This document shows, piece after piece, positions 29,572 to 40,555 of a DNA stretch of 63,261 bases (positions are counted from its first letter, which is position 1; each line of letters begins with the position of its first letter). The stretch is taken from assembly GCA_964490075.1 (NCBI GenBank), contig CAZBBK010000032.1, positions 1 to 63,261 on the forward strand, given 5' to 3'. Source of the stretch: an uncultured Gemmatimonadota bacterium. Its GTDB lineage: Bacteria; GCA-2686955. The notes beneath the pieces were generated by a model. That model made no database searches and had not been told where the DNA came from. It worked only from the letters and a program-made list of their open reading frames with translations. The translations under genes and the position numbers were made by a program.

Positions 29572-31725
29572 TCAGCGCCTGCCCTCGATCCTCCGGGCGC
29601 CCCCCTCCACCCATTCGCCGAGCAGCAGAAGCCGAGTGGTGTAGTCGCTTGGCTGGATGCGCAGGAAGTCGTCCCGGCAGGCCGCGACCAGCGCGCCGGC
29701 GATCGGGGCGACCTTGAGGCCGCAGTCGTCGAGGAGAGTCGTCCACATATGGCGCCTCTCGATCTCCCCCCGCGCGTCGAGCGCCACGGACCAAACGCTG
29801 TAGTAGTTCAGGTCCCACCATATCGACCGGTAGAAGATCCCGTCGGGATCGCTGACGAAGTGCCTGCTGTACCCCCCGCCCGAGCAGCAATGAGCCGGCG
29901 GAGCGGCCAGGCGACCGTCGCCGTCGACCTCGTAGGCCGACATCCAGCTTTCGCAGTAGCCGTACGGCATACAAGTATTGGCCAGCACCAGCGAGGGTCC
30001 GTGCGTCGCCATCGCCACCACGGTGTCGTTGGTGATCCTCCACTCGACAGGCCGGATGGCGTCGGGCTCGGCGACCCAGGTGGCGAACTGCGTCTCGCAG
30101 GGAACATACCCACCTCCGTACGATGCCGCGAACACGCCCACGTCGCCGACGGCTTCCAGGCACTCGACCTCGTATATGGAGAAGGGCATATCCATCTTCC
30201 AGCGCCCCAGCCACACCGGCGCGTCGAGATCGCTCATGTCGCCCGATTGGAAGACATGGTCGGCCGGCCGGTTCCATCGAAGTCCCTCCCCGTAGGTGTG
30301 GAGGTAGTAGCGGTCGGTGACTTGGTGCCGCCCTTCGAGCCATCGATTCCGGGGCACCACCTGCGTCGCCTTTCGTCCGATCGCCATCAGCGAGACGTTT
30401 TCGATCACCATCTCCGAGACAAAACGCGGATCTCGAGGCTTGGAGAGATCGAAGAAGAGAATCCGGTCGTCGCCGCCGATCGCGGCGCCTCGATCGCCCT
30501 CGATCACCGGCAGCCGCAGCTTCCGGCCGGGCACGCCGAAGTCGCCGATGATCTCCGGTGCGCGCGGGTTCGAGGCATCCACGATGGTCCACGCGCTATC
30601 CCCATGGTCGCTTTTCGTATATGGGATTCCGGAGTCGAAGTGGGCGCTGATATCGGCGCCCCCGACCCCGTCCAACGTGCTCTCCCAGCGCTCCGGAACC
30701 TCCTGCCCGTAGCGCAGCACGCGGGCCGGGAATCGATCCGCGTGCACCGCGACCCGTCCAGGAGCACCTGCGATCGCGCTCGCCGTCGACGCCGTGCTCC
30801 CGCCGTAGGCCGCGCCGTCCCCCGCCAGCCAGTAGCGGCTGATGGTCATTTCGCCCTGGAACTCGTTGAACCAGAGGAACACGGCCAGCGAGTCCGCGGT
30901 GGTCAGACCGATCGCCGGGTTCGCATCGGTTCCCCCGCCGGTGTCCCAGGCCCAGCGCAGCTCCGGCCCGAGGGGATCCTGGACATCCCAGGCGGCAAAC
31001 CCGTACAGGTCCGGGCGAACTTCCGAGTAGGACGTGAGCAGCGTCGCTCCCGACCGCGCGATCCCGCTGGTGGACGATTCGGGCAGCCAGCTCGAGCCGA
31101 TATCGAGGCGCGCCACGCGCACCGGGGCGAGAGGATCCGAGGCGTCGATCACATCGAGGGAGTTCAGACCCCCTTCTGACCGCGCGTCACATAGGCCGCA
31201 CCCGCCTCCCCGGCCGCCACGAATCCTCGGTCATGGGTATCGGGCGGGCTCCTCCACGACCCCAGAAGCTCCGGCTCCCACGGGATCGCCAGGTCGAGAA
31301 TGTCGAGCCGACCACCCCCGGTCAACAGGTAGCCGCGCTCGCCCTGCAGCGCCAACGACACGATCGGCCCCGCACCCGGATCGACCGCCAGACCGCCCAG
31401 CGCCTCGGGCTCCGCGGGCGACTCCAATCCCACGACCAGGACCGAGTCGGGCGGCAGGGCGAGCAGCGCAAGATCCTGGTCGGCCGCCAGCGCGACGGCG
31501 CCCCCCACTCCCGGCAGACGGCCGATCTCGACCGGCTCCCCCTCGACCCCGAAGCCGAGCACGATCAGCGCGTCCCGGCCGGCGACCAGGTCGTAGTCCG
31601 GGGTCGACACGAGAAGCGCGCGCGCCGTCGCCGGCGATGCGAAGGAGATGGTCAGGACGGCGACGATCGCTCGCGACGGACCCCGCTCGCGAGCTCCGAA
31701 TCAGGCCGCGGCATTCAGAGCGCAT
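29572..31725 (-). pseudogene. LVIVD-repeat secreted protein, frameshifted
   Basis: Repeats such as LDILDLAIP, VIDASDP and IVDASNP; frame changes near 31170 (G5 run) and near 31690. Confidence 0.65.
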
Positions 31726-31741
31726 GATGGATCGTTCCCTC

Positions 31742-33325
31742 TCACTCGATCGACTCGCCACCGAGCCACAGGTAGTTGCCGGGTCCGCCGTAAGCGCCGA
31801 TGTCGCTGCGCGGGGCGTCGGGGAAGCGCCGTGGCCAGCGCGGGTGCCAGTCGCTGATGGCGTCGAGGAAGCCGGGATCGCCGGCGTCGATGCAGGGCGA
31901 GCCCCGCTCGGGCGGCAGCGGGAAGTCTCGCCGCTGCGGCGCCAGTCGCGGATTCTCGTCGATGTTGCCGGTGCCGGGGGCGCCGCCCTGAACCACCGAG
32001 TAGTCGATGGCGAGCTCGGCGCCCCCTGCCGCCTGTGCCGGCACGTTGCCCCAGAGCACGCAGTTGGTCAGCCGGGCCGAGGAAGTGGTGTCGAGCAGGA
32101 TGCCGCCGGCATCGCTTTGCGCGGAGTTCTCGTAGATGGTGCAGTGCCGGAGTTTGGCCTTCGCGTCGCCGGAGTAGTAAACGCCGGCACCGGATGTCGC
32201 CGCGTTGTCGGCCACGACGCAGTTGCGCATCGTCAGTTGGTCGCCCCGGGCACTGATGGCACCCCCGCGCTTGTCGGCGCCACTGACGTAGTTGCCTCGA
32301 AGGACGCAGACCTGCCGCGTCAGAGATCCGTCCGCGGAGGAAATCGCACCACCCTCGCCGACATCCCCGTTGCGAACGGCGTTCTGATCGAAGTCGCAGC
32401 GGAGGAGCCACAGGCTGGATTCCCTGGCGTAGATCGCCCCTCCATATCCAATTAGCGGATAGGCCTCGCTGGAAACGTGGCACTGATTGTCGATGAAGCT
32501 GCAGTCGACGCCCAATGCAGTGCAGTCGGAGAGCCAGAGGGCGCCCCCCGTTCCGAGGTAGATATCCGACCACCAACCGCGCTAGGCGACGCGGTTCTCC
32601 GAGAGCTCGACCCCTCGCAGATCGATCTTCGAACGTGTCGCGGCGAGCGCGCCGCCCTGGCCGAACCCTTCCCAGTTGCCTTCCGCCCAGTTGTCGCGCA
32701 GCACGCTGTCGCGGATGACGATCTCGCTGTCGGAGCCGAAGATCGCTCCGCCGCCGAGGTCGCTGGCGCTGGATCCCGGAAGAACCCGGTTCTCACGCAG
32801 CAAGCAGTCGGTGATCCGCAGCGCGGCTCTCCGCGCATAGATGCCCCCGCCGGCTGTCGATGCCTTGCAGTACTCCACCCGGCAGTCGTCGAGGGTCAAC
32901 GCGGAATCCTCCAACCAAATGCCTCCGCCGTCGCGGCTCACGTGGCCACCGCGGAAGATCAGGTGGTGCGCCTGGGGACCCGAAGAGTCACTCCCCGCGA
33001 CGGTCAGGAGCGGTCCCCTGCCTCCGCCGGTAATCACCGGCATCGGCGGCAAGGCCAGAGAATCGCCACGTCCCCAGAGCACCACGTTCTTGGCGTCGAT
33101 CTCGAGCAGCTCCTCGTAGGTGCCCATGGCCACCGACACCGTGTCGCCGTCGCGCGCGACATCGATTCCCGCCTGAATGCTCGGGAAGCGTTCGGGGACC
33201 AGGAGCGTCATGGGCGGTTCCACCGGTCCCGCCGGGGCCGCTCCCCTCCCGCGCTCGAATGCCTCGGCCCGCGCGGCGTGCCCCAAGGCCACGACCATCC
33301 CGATTGCGACCGCTTCGTGCATCAT
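31742..33325 (-). pseudogene. Secreted parallel beta-helix protein with one in-frame TAG (32582-32584)
   Basis: Two ORFs in one frame; GGAI repeats; SPCIDAGDP; similar architecture to 9980-11314. Confidence 0.8.
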
Positions 33326-33492
33326 CTTGGATCCTCCCTCGATGCGGCGTCGATTCACTCGATCGAGACGTCCCGGTTTCGATCGCTCTTCAAGTGTAGC
33401 TCGGCGGGGGGCGGACGGGGTGCCGGCCTCTGGACCTTGGCGAAATCTGCCCTTGTCCCTGCCCGACTTCGGCCACGGACCCAAAGGCGGCG

Positions 33493-35043
33493 ATGCGTCG
33501 TGCTCGCGCGCCCACCGCCGCGAGCCGTCATCGGATTCTGGCCCCGACCCGCATCTCCGTGGTCGATCCGCAACTGGGCCGGCCGGTTCTTCACTTTCCG
33601 AAGGGCGCGGACCTGGACGCTACGCTCGAGTTCCTCGGCTACTTCGCCAGCTACCGCCGTGACTGCGTGGCCGAGCCGGCGGTCTACTTCGACCAGTGGG
33701 AGCCTTCGCCCATCACGATTCAGGTGACGGCGAGGCGGCGAGTCGCGGAGGACTGGGGAGGCGAGCTGCGTATCTATCTGCGCGACATCGTCTTCGACGA
33801 CGGAACCGTGCATTCCAACGTCCTTTGGCGCATTCCCACCGCCGATCTGACCAATGAGTACGAGATCTACAAACGGGATTTCACGTTCCCCGTCGACATG
33901 AACAAGCCGGTCCGCAGCCTACAGTTGGACCTGGGGCGACAGGAAGACCCACCCAGCGAGGCGGCGGCGGGCCCGCTCTGGATCGGGGCCAACGATGAAG
34001 CGACCCATGACGAAAACGAGGTCGACCGGCGCGCCTTCATCCGCTTCAATCCTCAAGTGCCGGTCGACGACAGCTTCTTCAAGGCGGAGCTGCACCTGAT
34101 GGTGGATGAGTACACGCGGCACAATCAGGAAGACCCGCCGAGCCCGGCGGTCGGGGATCAGTTCACCGCCCCGACGATTCTGGCCTTCACGATTCCGGAT
34201 TACGGTGCGGAATGGACGGAGGCCACTGTGTGGGACGATTTCGATCTCGACAACGCTTGGTACTACGATGAGAATCAGTCCTTCAAGGAGGGTCGCTACA
34301 TGGATTACGGCGATCTCACCGGTGCGGTGAAGCTGCCCTGGAAGAACCACGTCCCATACCGCGACTTGACCGATCTCATGGTGCGGATCGATGTCACGGA
34401 GGCGGTCAGATCGTGGATCGAAGATCCCGCGATGAACGAAGGGCTCTTCCTGTCGCCCTACCGGCGCGCGAGCGGCCCCTGGCCGCCCACGCCCGTGGGC
34501 TCGGAGCCGTGGGTTCTGGATCCGCCCGGGCTGGTCATGCTCAGCTCGGAGTACTTCGAAGGGACGCAGAAGTTCAGCGAGGCGATGGTGCCGAACCTGC
34601 TCCTCTACTACGACGAGGAGAATCCGAGGCCGGAGTCGAAGCGGTTCCCGATCTTCGACGAGTCGAATCTGCAAGACGTCTGGCCCCTGCTGGTGACGCC
34701 GGACGATGGGACCGGAACCGCCGAGGTGGTGGTCTACTTCGAGCCGGACGCCCCCTGTGGCGCGGGTGCGCCGATCCGGCTCTACACGCCCGAGACCGAT
34801 GAGAACGCGTCGATCGAGCTGCTCACTCTGGCGGGTGATACGCTCGATCCATGGAGCCCGCTCACGGCGACGCAGCCCAGCGCCTGCCGCGACCACGTCG
34901 ACTGGAGCGATCTCTGCGATTGTGAAGAGAGCGCCTCTTCGGGCGAGGAGAACCTCTATGAGATCGTCATCCCCTACGGGGCGCTGCAAGCGGTGGGGGA
35001 TCGCAACGCACTGCGCCTGCGCATCCCGCGGAGCACGCCCTGA
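33493..35043 (+). CDS. Hypothetical acidic protein with a DNRLRE-like domain
   Basis: RRAFIRFN, KAELHL, IDVTEAVRSW...NEGLFL; start uncertain. Confidence 0.55.
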   Translation: MRRARAPTAASRHRILAPTRISVVDPQLGRPVLHFPKGADLDATLEFLGYFASYRRDCVAEPAVYFDQWEPSPITIQVTARRRVAEDWGGELRIYLRDIVFDDGTVHSNVLWRIPTADLTNEYEIYKRDFTFPVDMNKPVRSLQLDLGRQEDPPSEAAAGPLWIGANDEATHDENEVDRRAFIRFNPQVPVDDSFFKAELHLMVDEYTRHNQEDPPSPAVGDQFTAPTILAFTIPDYGAEWTEATVWDDFDLDNAWYYDENQSFKEGRYMDYGDLTGAVKLPWKNHVPYRDLTDLMVRIDVTEAVRSWIEDPAMNEGLFLSPYRRASGPWPPTPVGSEPWVLDPPGLVMLSSEYFEGTQKFSEAMVPNLLLYYDEENPRPESKRFPIFDESNLQDVWPLLVTPDDGTGTAEVVVYFEPDAPCGAGAPIRLYTPETDENASIELLTLAGDTLDPWSPLTATQPSACRDHVDWSDLCDCEESASSGEENLYEIVIPYGALQAVGDRNALRLRIPRSTP

Positions 35044-35044
35044 G

Positions 35045-37049
35045 ATGGGGCGGCATTGGATCGGGATCGGGGCGGTGGTGGCGGCCGCGTCGGGGGGGCT
35101 TGGCGCCAAGGTGCCCCCCCCCAACCCCCTGTTCCGACGACTCCCTCACCCTGGTCCAGTGGTGGCCTTTGCTGGGACACGGCCCTTCCACGGCCGAGGG
35201 GAATCTCGCGGTCATCGGTGGGGCGGGTGGGAACCCGATCCTCGACCTGAGCCTCGAGCCGGTCCACGATCGAAGACGGATCGTGGGCCGGCTCGGAGAG
35301 CTGGGGATTCCTTTGCTGCACCGAGGGTTTCTCTACGGCAGTCCGGGGCGCAAGAGCGCCCCGGCTCGCCTCGAAGCGTACGACCTGCGAGACCCCGAAT
35401 CGCCGGTGCTGATCCAGCGCCTGGACAATTTCAATTACCGCCACCCCGCTGCCGCCGAAGACCTGTTCGTGGTCGGCGCGATCTACGGCGGCGGTGGCCC
35501 GCTGATCGCCTTTCACATCCTTCCCGAGGGCCGCCTGGAGCGCGCCGCCGAATTCGGCGAACAGGGGGACGGTATCGTCGACCTGATCGAGGTCTGGAAG
35601 AGCTGGGTCTATGCCGGCTACGACCGGCAAAACGCCCTGAACCCGGGCCACCTGAACGTGCACGATCTGAGCGACCCGGAGAACCCGCTCGATGTGGGTC
35701 GGATCGACGGGCCGGGTGATCCGATCGCCGCGACCCTGGTCGATTCGATCCTGGTCGTCTCGTGGAATCTCAGTGACCCGCCCTACTCCAACTGGCTCTA
35801 TGCCTACGATCTGGGCGTCGATCCGACGGAACCTCCAACCACCTTCTCATGGTTGTTCGAGGACAATAGCGACCTTCCCAGGTCTCTCGCTTCCGACGAC
35901 CGCTTTCTCTACGCAGTAGGCGGCTGGCCGCGACTGATTCTATCGGTCTACGATTTCGCCGCTCCACAACCCTGGCGACCGATCCAGGAGATCCCCTTGT
36001 GGTGGGGCGACAACGGCGGCGCCCTGGCCGTCGCCGATCACGCCCTGATCCGCAACGACAACGGTTCGCCGCACGGCACCACGATCTTCCCGCGCCGCGC
36101 CGACGGTACCCTCGGGCCCCGGACGCGCTTCGGGCTCTGGGGCACGACCAGCGACGTCGCGATCGTCGGCGACCATCTCTACGCCGATGCCGATCGATCG
36201 GGGGCCCTGGTCTTCGAGATCGGCCCCCAGGGGTCGCTGCGGCAGGTGCAACGAGCCCGCCGATGGTGTTGGGGGCTGGCGGCGTTGCAGCCGGAGGGGC
36301 CGATCGTCTCGCACGGATATGACAAGCTCGAGCTGATCACCCTCGCCGGCGATGGCTCGCTCGACTCGACGATCGTGCTGGAGGAGTGGCCCGCCTACTC
36401 CGACCTCCGGACGGCGGGCGCCCATCTCTTCATGCTCGACAGCCACGAGCTGATCGCCGCCGACCTGGTCGGCGGAGATACCCTGGTGCACAACAGCTTC
36501 TGGACCACCGGCGGAACCACCACGGATCTGCTGGTGAAGGTCGTCGCCGCCGACACGCTGCTCGCTCTGACCAGCGGCAGCCTGCTCAACATCTTCCGCT
36601 TCACCGCCGCCGCCGGCCTCGATCTGGTCGCGGACCAGTCCACCGGCTACGACACCGCCTTCCCCGGTCTCTTCGACGACCCGATCGCCGGACCCTGCGC
36701 CGTCGTGCACGGCGACGACGGCGGGGTCGAGACCTACGACATCGATCTCGCCAACGGCGCCCTGGTGCTGCTCGACTCCGTGCGTTTCCGCCCGCGCTAC
36801 CAGGCCTGGAGCTGCTCGGTGGTCGGCGACCAGGCGTGGCTCGGCGCCAGCGACAGCCTCTTCGTGGCGCAGCTCTTGCCGGGCGGCCGGATCGGCGAGA
36901 TCCTGCGCCAGGAGTCGATCAACACGGTCTGGGGGCATGCGACCGGTATCGGGAGCTCGAAGCGCGTCGCCTTGCCTTCGGGAAAAGCCGGGGTGGTGGT
37001 CTACGAGCAGCCGAGCCTGAGCGATCGGGGACGAGATCCTTCTCGTTGA
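35045..37049 (+). CDS. LVIVD-repeat secreted protein; leader out of frame across G7/C9 runs
   Basis: YDLRDPESP and HDLSDPENP repeats; ATG 35045 is not in frame with ORF 35100-37049. Confidence 0.65.
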
Positions 37050-37062
37050 GAGGAGCTCGGAG

Positions 37063-37259
37063 CGCCTCCCATCGAGCCCCTGCCCATGCCCATGCCCGAT
37101 TCGGGCAACGGAGTCGGGCAGGGGCAGGGGCACGCGAAGAAGTCCAGTCGAGACCGCCCCCCCACCCGCGCATGGAGCCCCGGAGGCCGGCGGACTCTCG
37201 CGGGGCCCGCGGTTCTTTGCGGAGTGCGTCGCGCGAGACGCGCTATATCGAAACGCCAG
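37063..37259 (+). repeat. 197-bp repeat, inverted copy of 62917-63113
   Basis: Near-identical by direct comparison (one mismatch seen). Confidence 0.95.
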
Positions 37260-37275
37260 CCCCCCAATCCCCCGC

Positions 37276-37334
37276 TTGACACCCCCTCCCCCACCACGTA
37301 CCGTCCCCCTAGGACCCTCCCGAACGAACGTTCG
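37276..37334 (+). promoter_or_regulatory. Sigma70 promoter and putative TetR operator
   Basis: TTGACA-N17-TACCGT; palindrome CGAACGTTCG at 37325-37334 just before the RBS. Confidence 0.75.
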
Positions 37335-37345
37335 AACGGAGGCGT

Positions 37346-37978
37346 ATGCTGCCCCTCGAAGCCCCGCGTGGGCGGACCCCAGCTTTCGACAGCAAGCGGC
37401 TTCATCTGCTGGATGCCGCGGCGCGGGTCTTTTCCGAGGTGGGCTACGACCGGGCCTCCATGCGACGCGTCGCCGCCGAAGCGCAGCTCAGTCTCGCCGG
37501 TGTCTATCACTACGTGGCGAGCAAGGAAGAGCTGCTCTACTGGATCCAGGTCCACACCTTCGACTCCCTGCTCCGTGGCCTGGAAGCCGGCGTCCAAGAT
37601 CTCGACGATCCCCGCGAGCGGCTCGCGGCCGCGGTGCGCAACCACGTGCTCCATTTCGGCAGGCATATGGCGGAGCTGAAGGTTTGCGCCCGGGAGCTCG
37701 ACACCCTGGCGGGCGACGCCTATGACCAGGTCTACGAGCGTCGCCGCGCCTACTTCGAGGCGGTGCACGAACTGATCCGCAAGCTGCGGCCGGCGCAGGG
37801 GGCGGGCCTCGATCCCTGGATCGCCACCGCCAGCCTCTTCGGCATGCTCAACTGGCTCTACCAGTGGTACAACCCGGCGAGCACACAGGTCGGCCTCGAC
37901 CATCTCGCCGCGCAACAGACCGCCCTCTTCCTCGATGGATATGCAGCATCGGGTGCCAACAAAAGGGGAAACGAGTGA
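37346..37978 (+). CDS. TetR family regulator (KstR2/PaaR-like)
   Basis: HTH AGVYHYVASKEELL; GMLNWLYQWY. Confidence 0.9.
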   Translation: MLPLEAPRGRTPAFDSKRLHLLDAAARVFSEVGYDRASMRRVAAEAQLSLAGVYHYVASKEELLYWIQVHTFDSLLRGLEAGVQDLDDPRERLAAAVRNHVLHFGRHMAELKVCARELDTLAGDAYDQVYERRRAYFEAVHELIRKLRPAQGAGLDPWIATASLFGMLNWLYQWYNPASTQVGLDHLAAQQTALFLDGYAASGANKRGNE

Positions 37979-39984
37979 GGTACGCAGAGACAGGGTTTCA
38001 TCTGGAGATCGACCTCGATCGAGGCAGCATCGAACGCGTGCCGAGCGACCCGAGCTGGACCGAGCAGCACATGGGCGGCCTGGGGACCAACGCAAGACTC
38101 TTCTGGGAACGAGTCCCCCCCGAGGTCGAACCCTTCTCGCCGGACAACCTGTTGGTATTCGGCACCGGCCTGCTTGTCGGCACGCCGGCTCCCGGCACCA
38201 ATCGCACCATCGTCTCTTGCATCTCTCCCCAGACCCAGCTCTTCGCCTTCTCCATGATGGGTGGGTTCTTCGGACCGGAGCTGAAACGTGCCGGATACGA
38301 CAAGATCATCCTGCGCGGCAAGTCTCCGGAATGGGTCTACCTGTGGATCCACGACGACAAGATCGAGATCCGTGACGCCGCGCACCTGATCGGCCTGGGG
38401 ACCTTGGAGAGCGCCGAGGTCATTCGCCAGGAGCTCGAGGAGCCGAACGCCGCGGTCTCCTCCATCGGCCTGGCCGGCGAAACTCGTGTCTTCTTCGCCT
38501 CGATCGAGCAGGGCAGATCGAGCGCCAGCCGCCTCGGCGTCGGCGCTGTCATGGGCGACAAGAAGGTCAAGGCGATCGCGGTGCGCGGCTCAGGCGACAT
38601 CAACATCGCCAACCCCGCGGAGTACATCCGCCTCTGCAACGAGTCCTTGGAGTTCATCAAGCACCGCAACGCCAACCCCCTCCAGGGAGTGATGCCGATC
38701 ATGGCCGGGCTCGGCTCGCCGCAAGAGATGGCGGTGCACGACGAGAAATGGCATACCGAGAACTTCGTCTGGGGCAACGCGCGGGTGCGCCGCAAGGGCT
38801 TCTGGACCGAAGAGGTCGCCGAGAAGTGGACCCACACCATGGAGACGATGCGCACTCGGCTCCTCAGCTGCTACAACTGTCCGATGAAATGTGGTGCAGC
38901 CATCTCGGTCGACACCAGGATGTGCTCCTACATGATGAAGTGCTTCTCCAAGCTCACCTACACCATGGGCGCCTTCTCCGATCTGGAGTTCGGCCTGAGG
39001 ATCGCCCAGAAGGCCACCGAGCACGGAGTCGACGCCTTCTCCTGCCCGCAGACCATGGCCTTCGCGATCGAGCTCCTGGATGCCGGGATCCTGACCGACA
39101 AGGACTTCCCCGGCATGCCCGGCGACAGCGAGGGCCGCTTCTACTGGCTCCTGGACCGGATCGTGCGGCGCGAGGGGATCGGCGACGTCCTGGCAGACGG
39201 CACCTATTGGGCGGCGCGGAAGATCGGCAAGGGGGCCGAGGAGTACGCCCACAACACCATCAAGAAGACCGAGCAGCTGCCGCTCAAGCTCGGCATGCTG
39301 AACCAGATGTACTTCCTGATGTACGCTACCGGCGAGAAGGCCAACATCACCCAGATCGAGGGCAACTTCCCGCAGGTGCCCTTCCCGACCAAGGAGCAGC
39401 AGAAGGAGTGGAACGAGGACTGGCCGCAGGTGCCGGACGAACGTTTCAAGAAGTGGTTCGAGGACTGGGAGCTGCGCGGGGAGAACTCGGTCCCGAACTA
39501 TCCATCGATCGAAGCGACCTGCGAAATCGTCAGCTGGCAGGAGAGGATGCACTATATCGACGATAGCACGGGTATGTGCGCGGGCCTGTCGTCCTTCCCC
39601 TACAAGCCTCCCTTCCACATCCACAATTTGCCCATCTTGATATCCGCCGGAGCCGGGCTCGACCTGGACGAACCTGGGTTGACAAAGCTGACCAAGCGCA
39701 ACCGCGACCTGGTGCGTTCGCTCAACATCAGAAGAGGCATGAGGCGCGAGGACGAGAAGCCCCCCGACGATCACTGGAAGAGGCGCTTTCCCGAGTTCGA
39801 GGAGAAGCTGCTCGACGAGTACTACAAGTTCAAGGGCTGGAACCTGGACGGCGTTCCGACCCTGGAAAACCTGCACGATCTGGGCCTGGACTACGTGGCA
39901 AAGGACTTCCTGGAGAGAGGGATCCTGAGCGAGGACGAGGAGAGCGTCGCCCCCCAGCCCACGAGCGAGGAAAGTGCATCGTGA
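37975..39984 (+). CDS. bamB: Class II benzoyl-CoA reductase, tungstopterin catalytic subunit
   Basis: AOR family; RYAETG, GSPQEMAVHDEKWHTENF, CYNCPMKC and YMMKCF match BamB as recalled. Confidence 0.92.
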   Translation: MRYAETGFHLEIDLDRGSIERVPSDPSWTEQHMGGLGTNARLFWERVPPEVEPFSPDNLLVFGTGLLVGTPAPGTNRTIVSCISPQTQLFAFSMMGGFFGPELKRAGYDKIILRGKSPEWVYLWIHDDKIEIRDAAHLIGLGTLESAEVIRQELEEPNAAVSSIGLAGETRVFFASIEQGRSSASRLGVGAVMGDKKVKAIAVRGSGDINIANPAEYIRLCNESLEFIKHRNANPLQGVMPIMAGLGSPQEMAVHDEKWHTENFVWGNARVRRKGFWTEEVAEKWTHTMETMRTRLLSCYNCPMKCGAAISVDTRMCSYMMKCFSKLTYTMGAFSDLEFGLRIAQKATEHGVDAFSCPQTMAFAIELLDAGILTDKDFPGMPGDSEGRFYWLLDRIVRREGIGDVLADGTYWAARKIGKGAEEYAHNTIKKTEQLPLKLGMLNQMYFLMYATGEKANITQIEGNFPQVPFPTKEQQKEWNEDWPQVPDERFKKWFEDWELRGENSVPNYPSIEATCEIVSWQERMHYIDDSTGMCAGLSSFPYKPPFHIHNLPILISAGAGLDLDEPGLTKLTKRNRDLVRSLNIRRGMRREDEKPPDDHWKRRFPEFEEKLLDEYYKFKGWNLDGVPTLENLHDLGLDYVAKDFLERGILSEDEESVAPQPTSEESAS

Positions 39985-40529
39985 GCGGCGCCAAGAAGAA
40001 GATCAAGACCATCAAGCGCATCAACATCGATGTCGACAAGTGCAACGGTTGCCAGGGCTGTGAGGTGATCTGCTCGGCCTTCCACGCCATCCCTCAGTAC
40101 AGCTCCAACAACCCCGCCCGGGCCCGCATCCGGGTGATTCGCGACCCGCTCTCCGACATCTACGTTCCGGTCTACGCCGGCGAGTACACCGCGGCCGAGT
40201 GCGCCGGCAGAGACAAGTACGTGATCGACGGCAAGGAGTACGAAGAGTGCGCGTTCTGCCGCGCCGCCTGCCCCTCGCGCGACATCTTCAAAGAACCGGA
40301 CTCGGGACTGCCGCTGAAATGCGATATGTGCGAATCCGATCCCACCCTCGAGGTGCCGCTGTGCGTGCAGTGGTGTCTGGCCGATGCCCTGACCTACGAG
40401 GAGCGCGAAGAGGAGGTGGAAGAGGATGAGTCGGTCGAGGAGATCGATGTAGGCCTGGAGGCCCTGGCGAACAAGTTCGGTTGGTCGAAGGTGCTCGACG
40501 CAGCGGCCAGAATCTCGAAGAAGGCCTGA
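39981..40529 (+). CDS. bamC: Benzoyl-CoA reductase 4Fe-4S subunit
   Basis: CNGCQGCEVIC, CAFCRAAC, KCDMC. Confidence 0.9.
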   Translation: MSGAKKKIKTIKRINIDVDKCNGCQGCEVICSAFHAIPQYSSNNPARARIRVIRDPLSDIYVPVYAGEYTAAECAGRDKYVIDGKEYEECAFCRAACPSRDIFKEPDSGLPLKCDMCESDPTLEVPLCVQWCLADALTYEEREEEVEEDESVEEIDVGLEALANKFGWSKVLDAAARISKKA

Positions 40530-40555
40530 AACGCCTGTTGGGACCGGTGAGAGCA

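Noticed and set aside
32582-32584. In-frame TAG as pyrrolysine or an alternative genetic code
   Set aside because: TAG and TGA end many intact genes here, the protein is not a known Pyl family and no pyl genes are seen; a nonsense mutation is simpler
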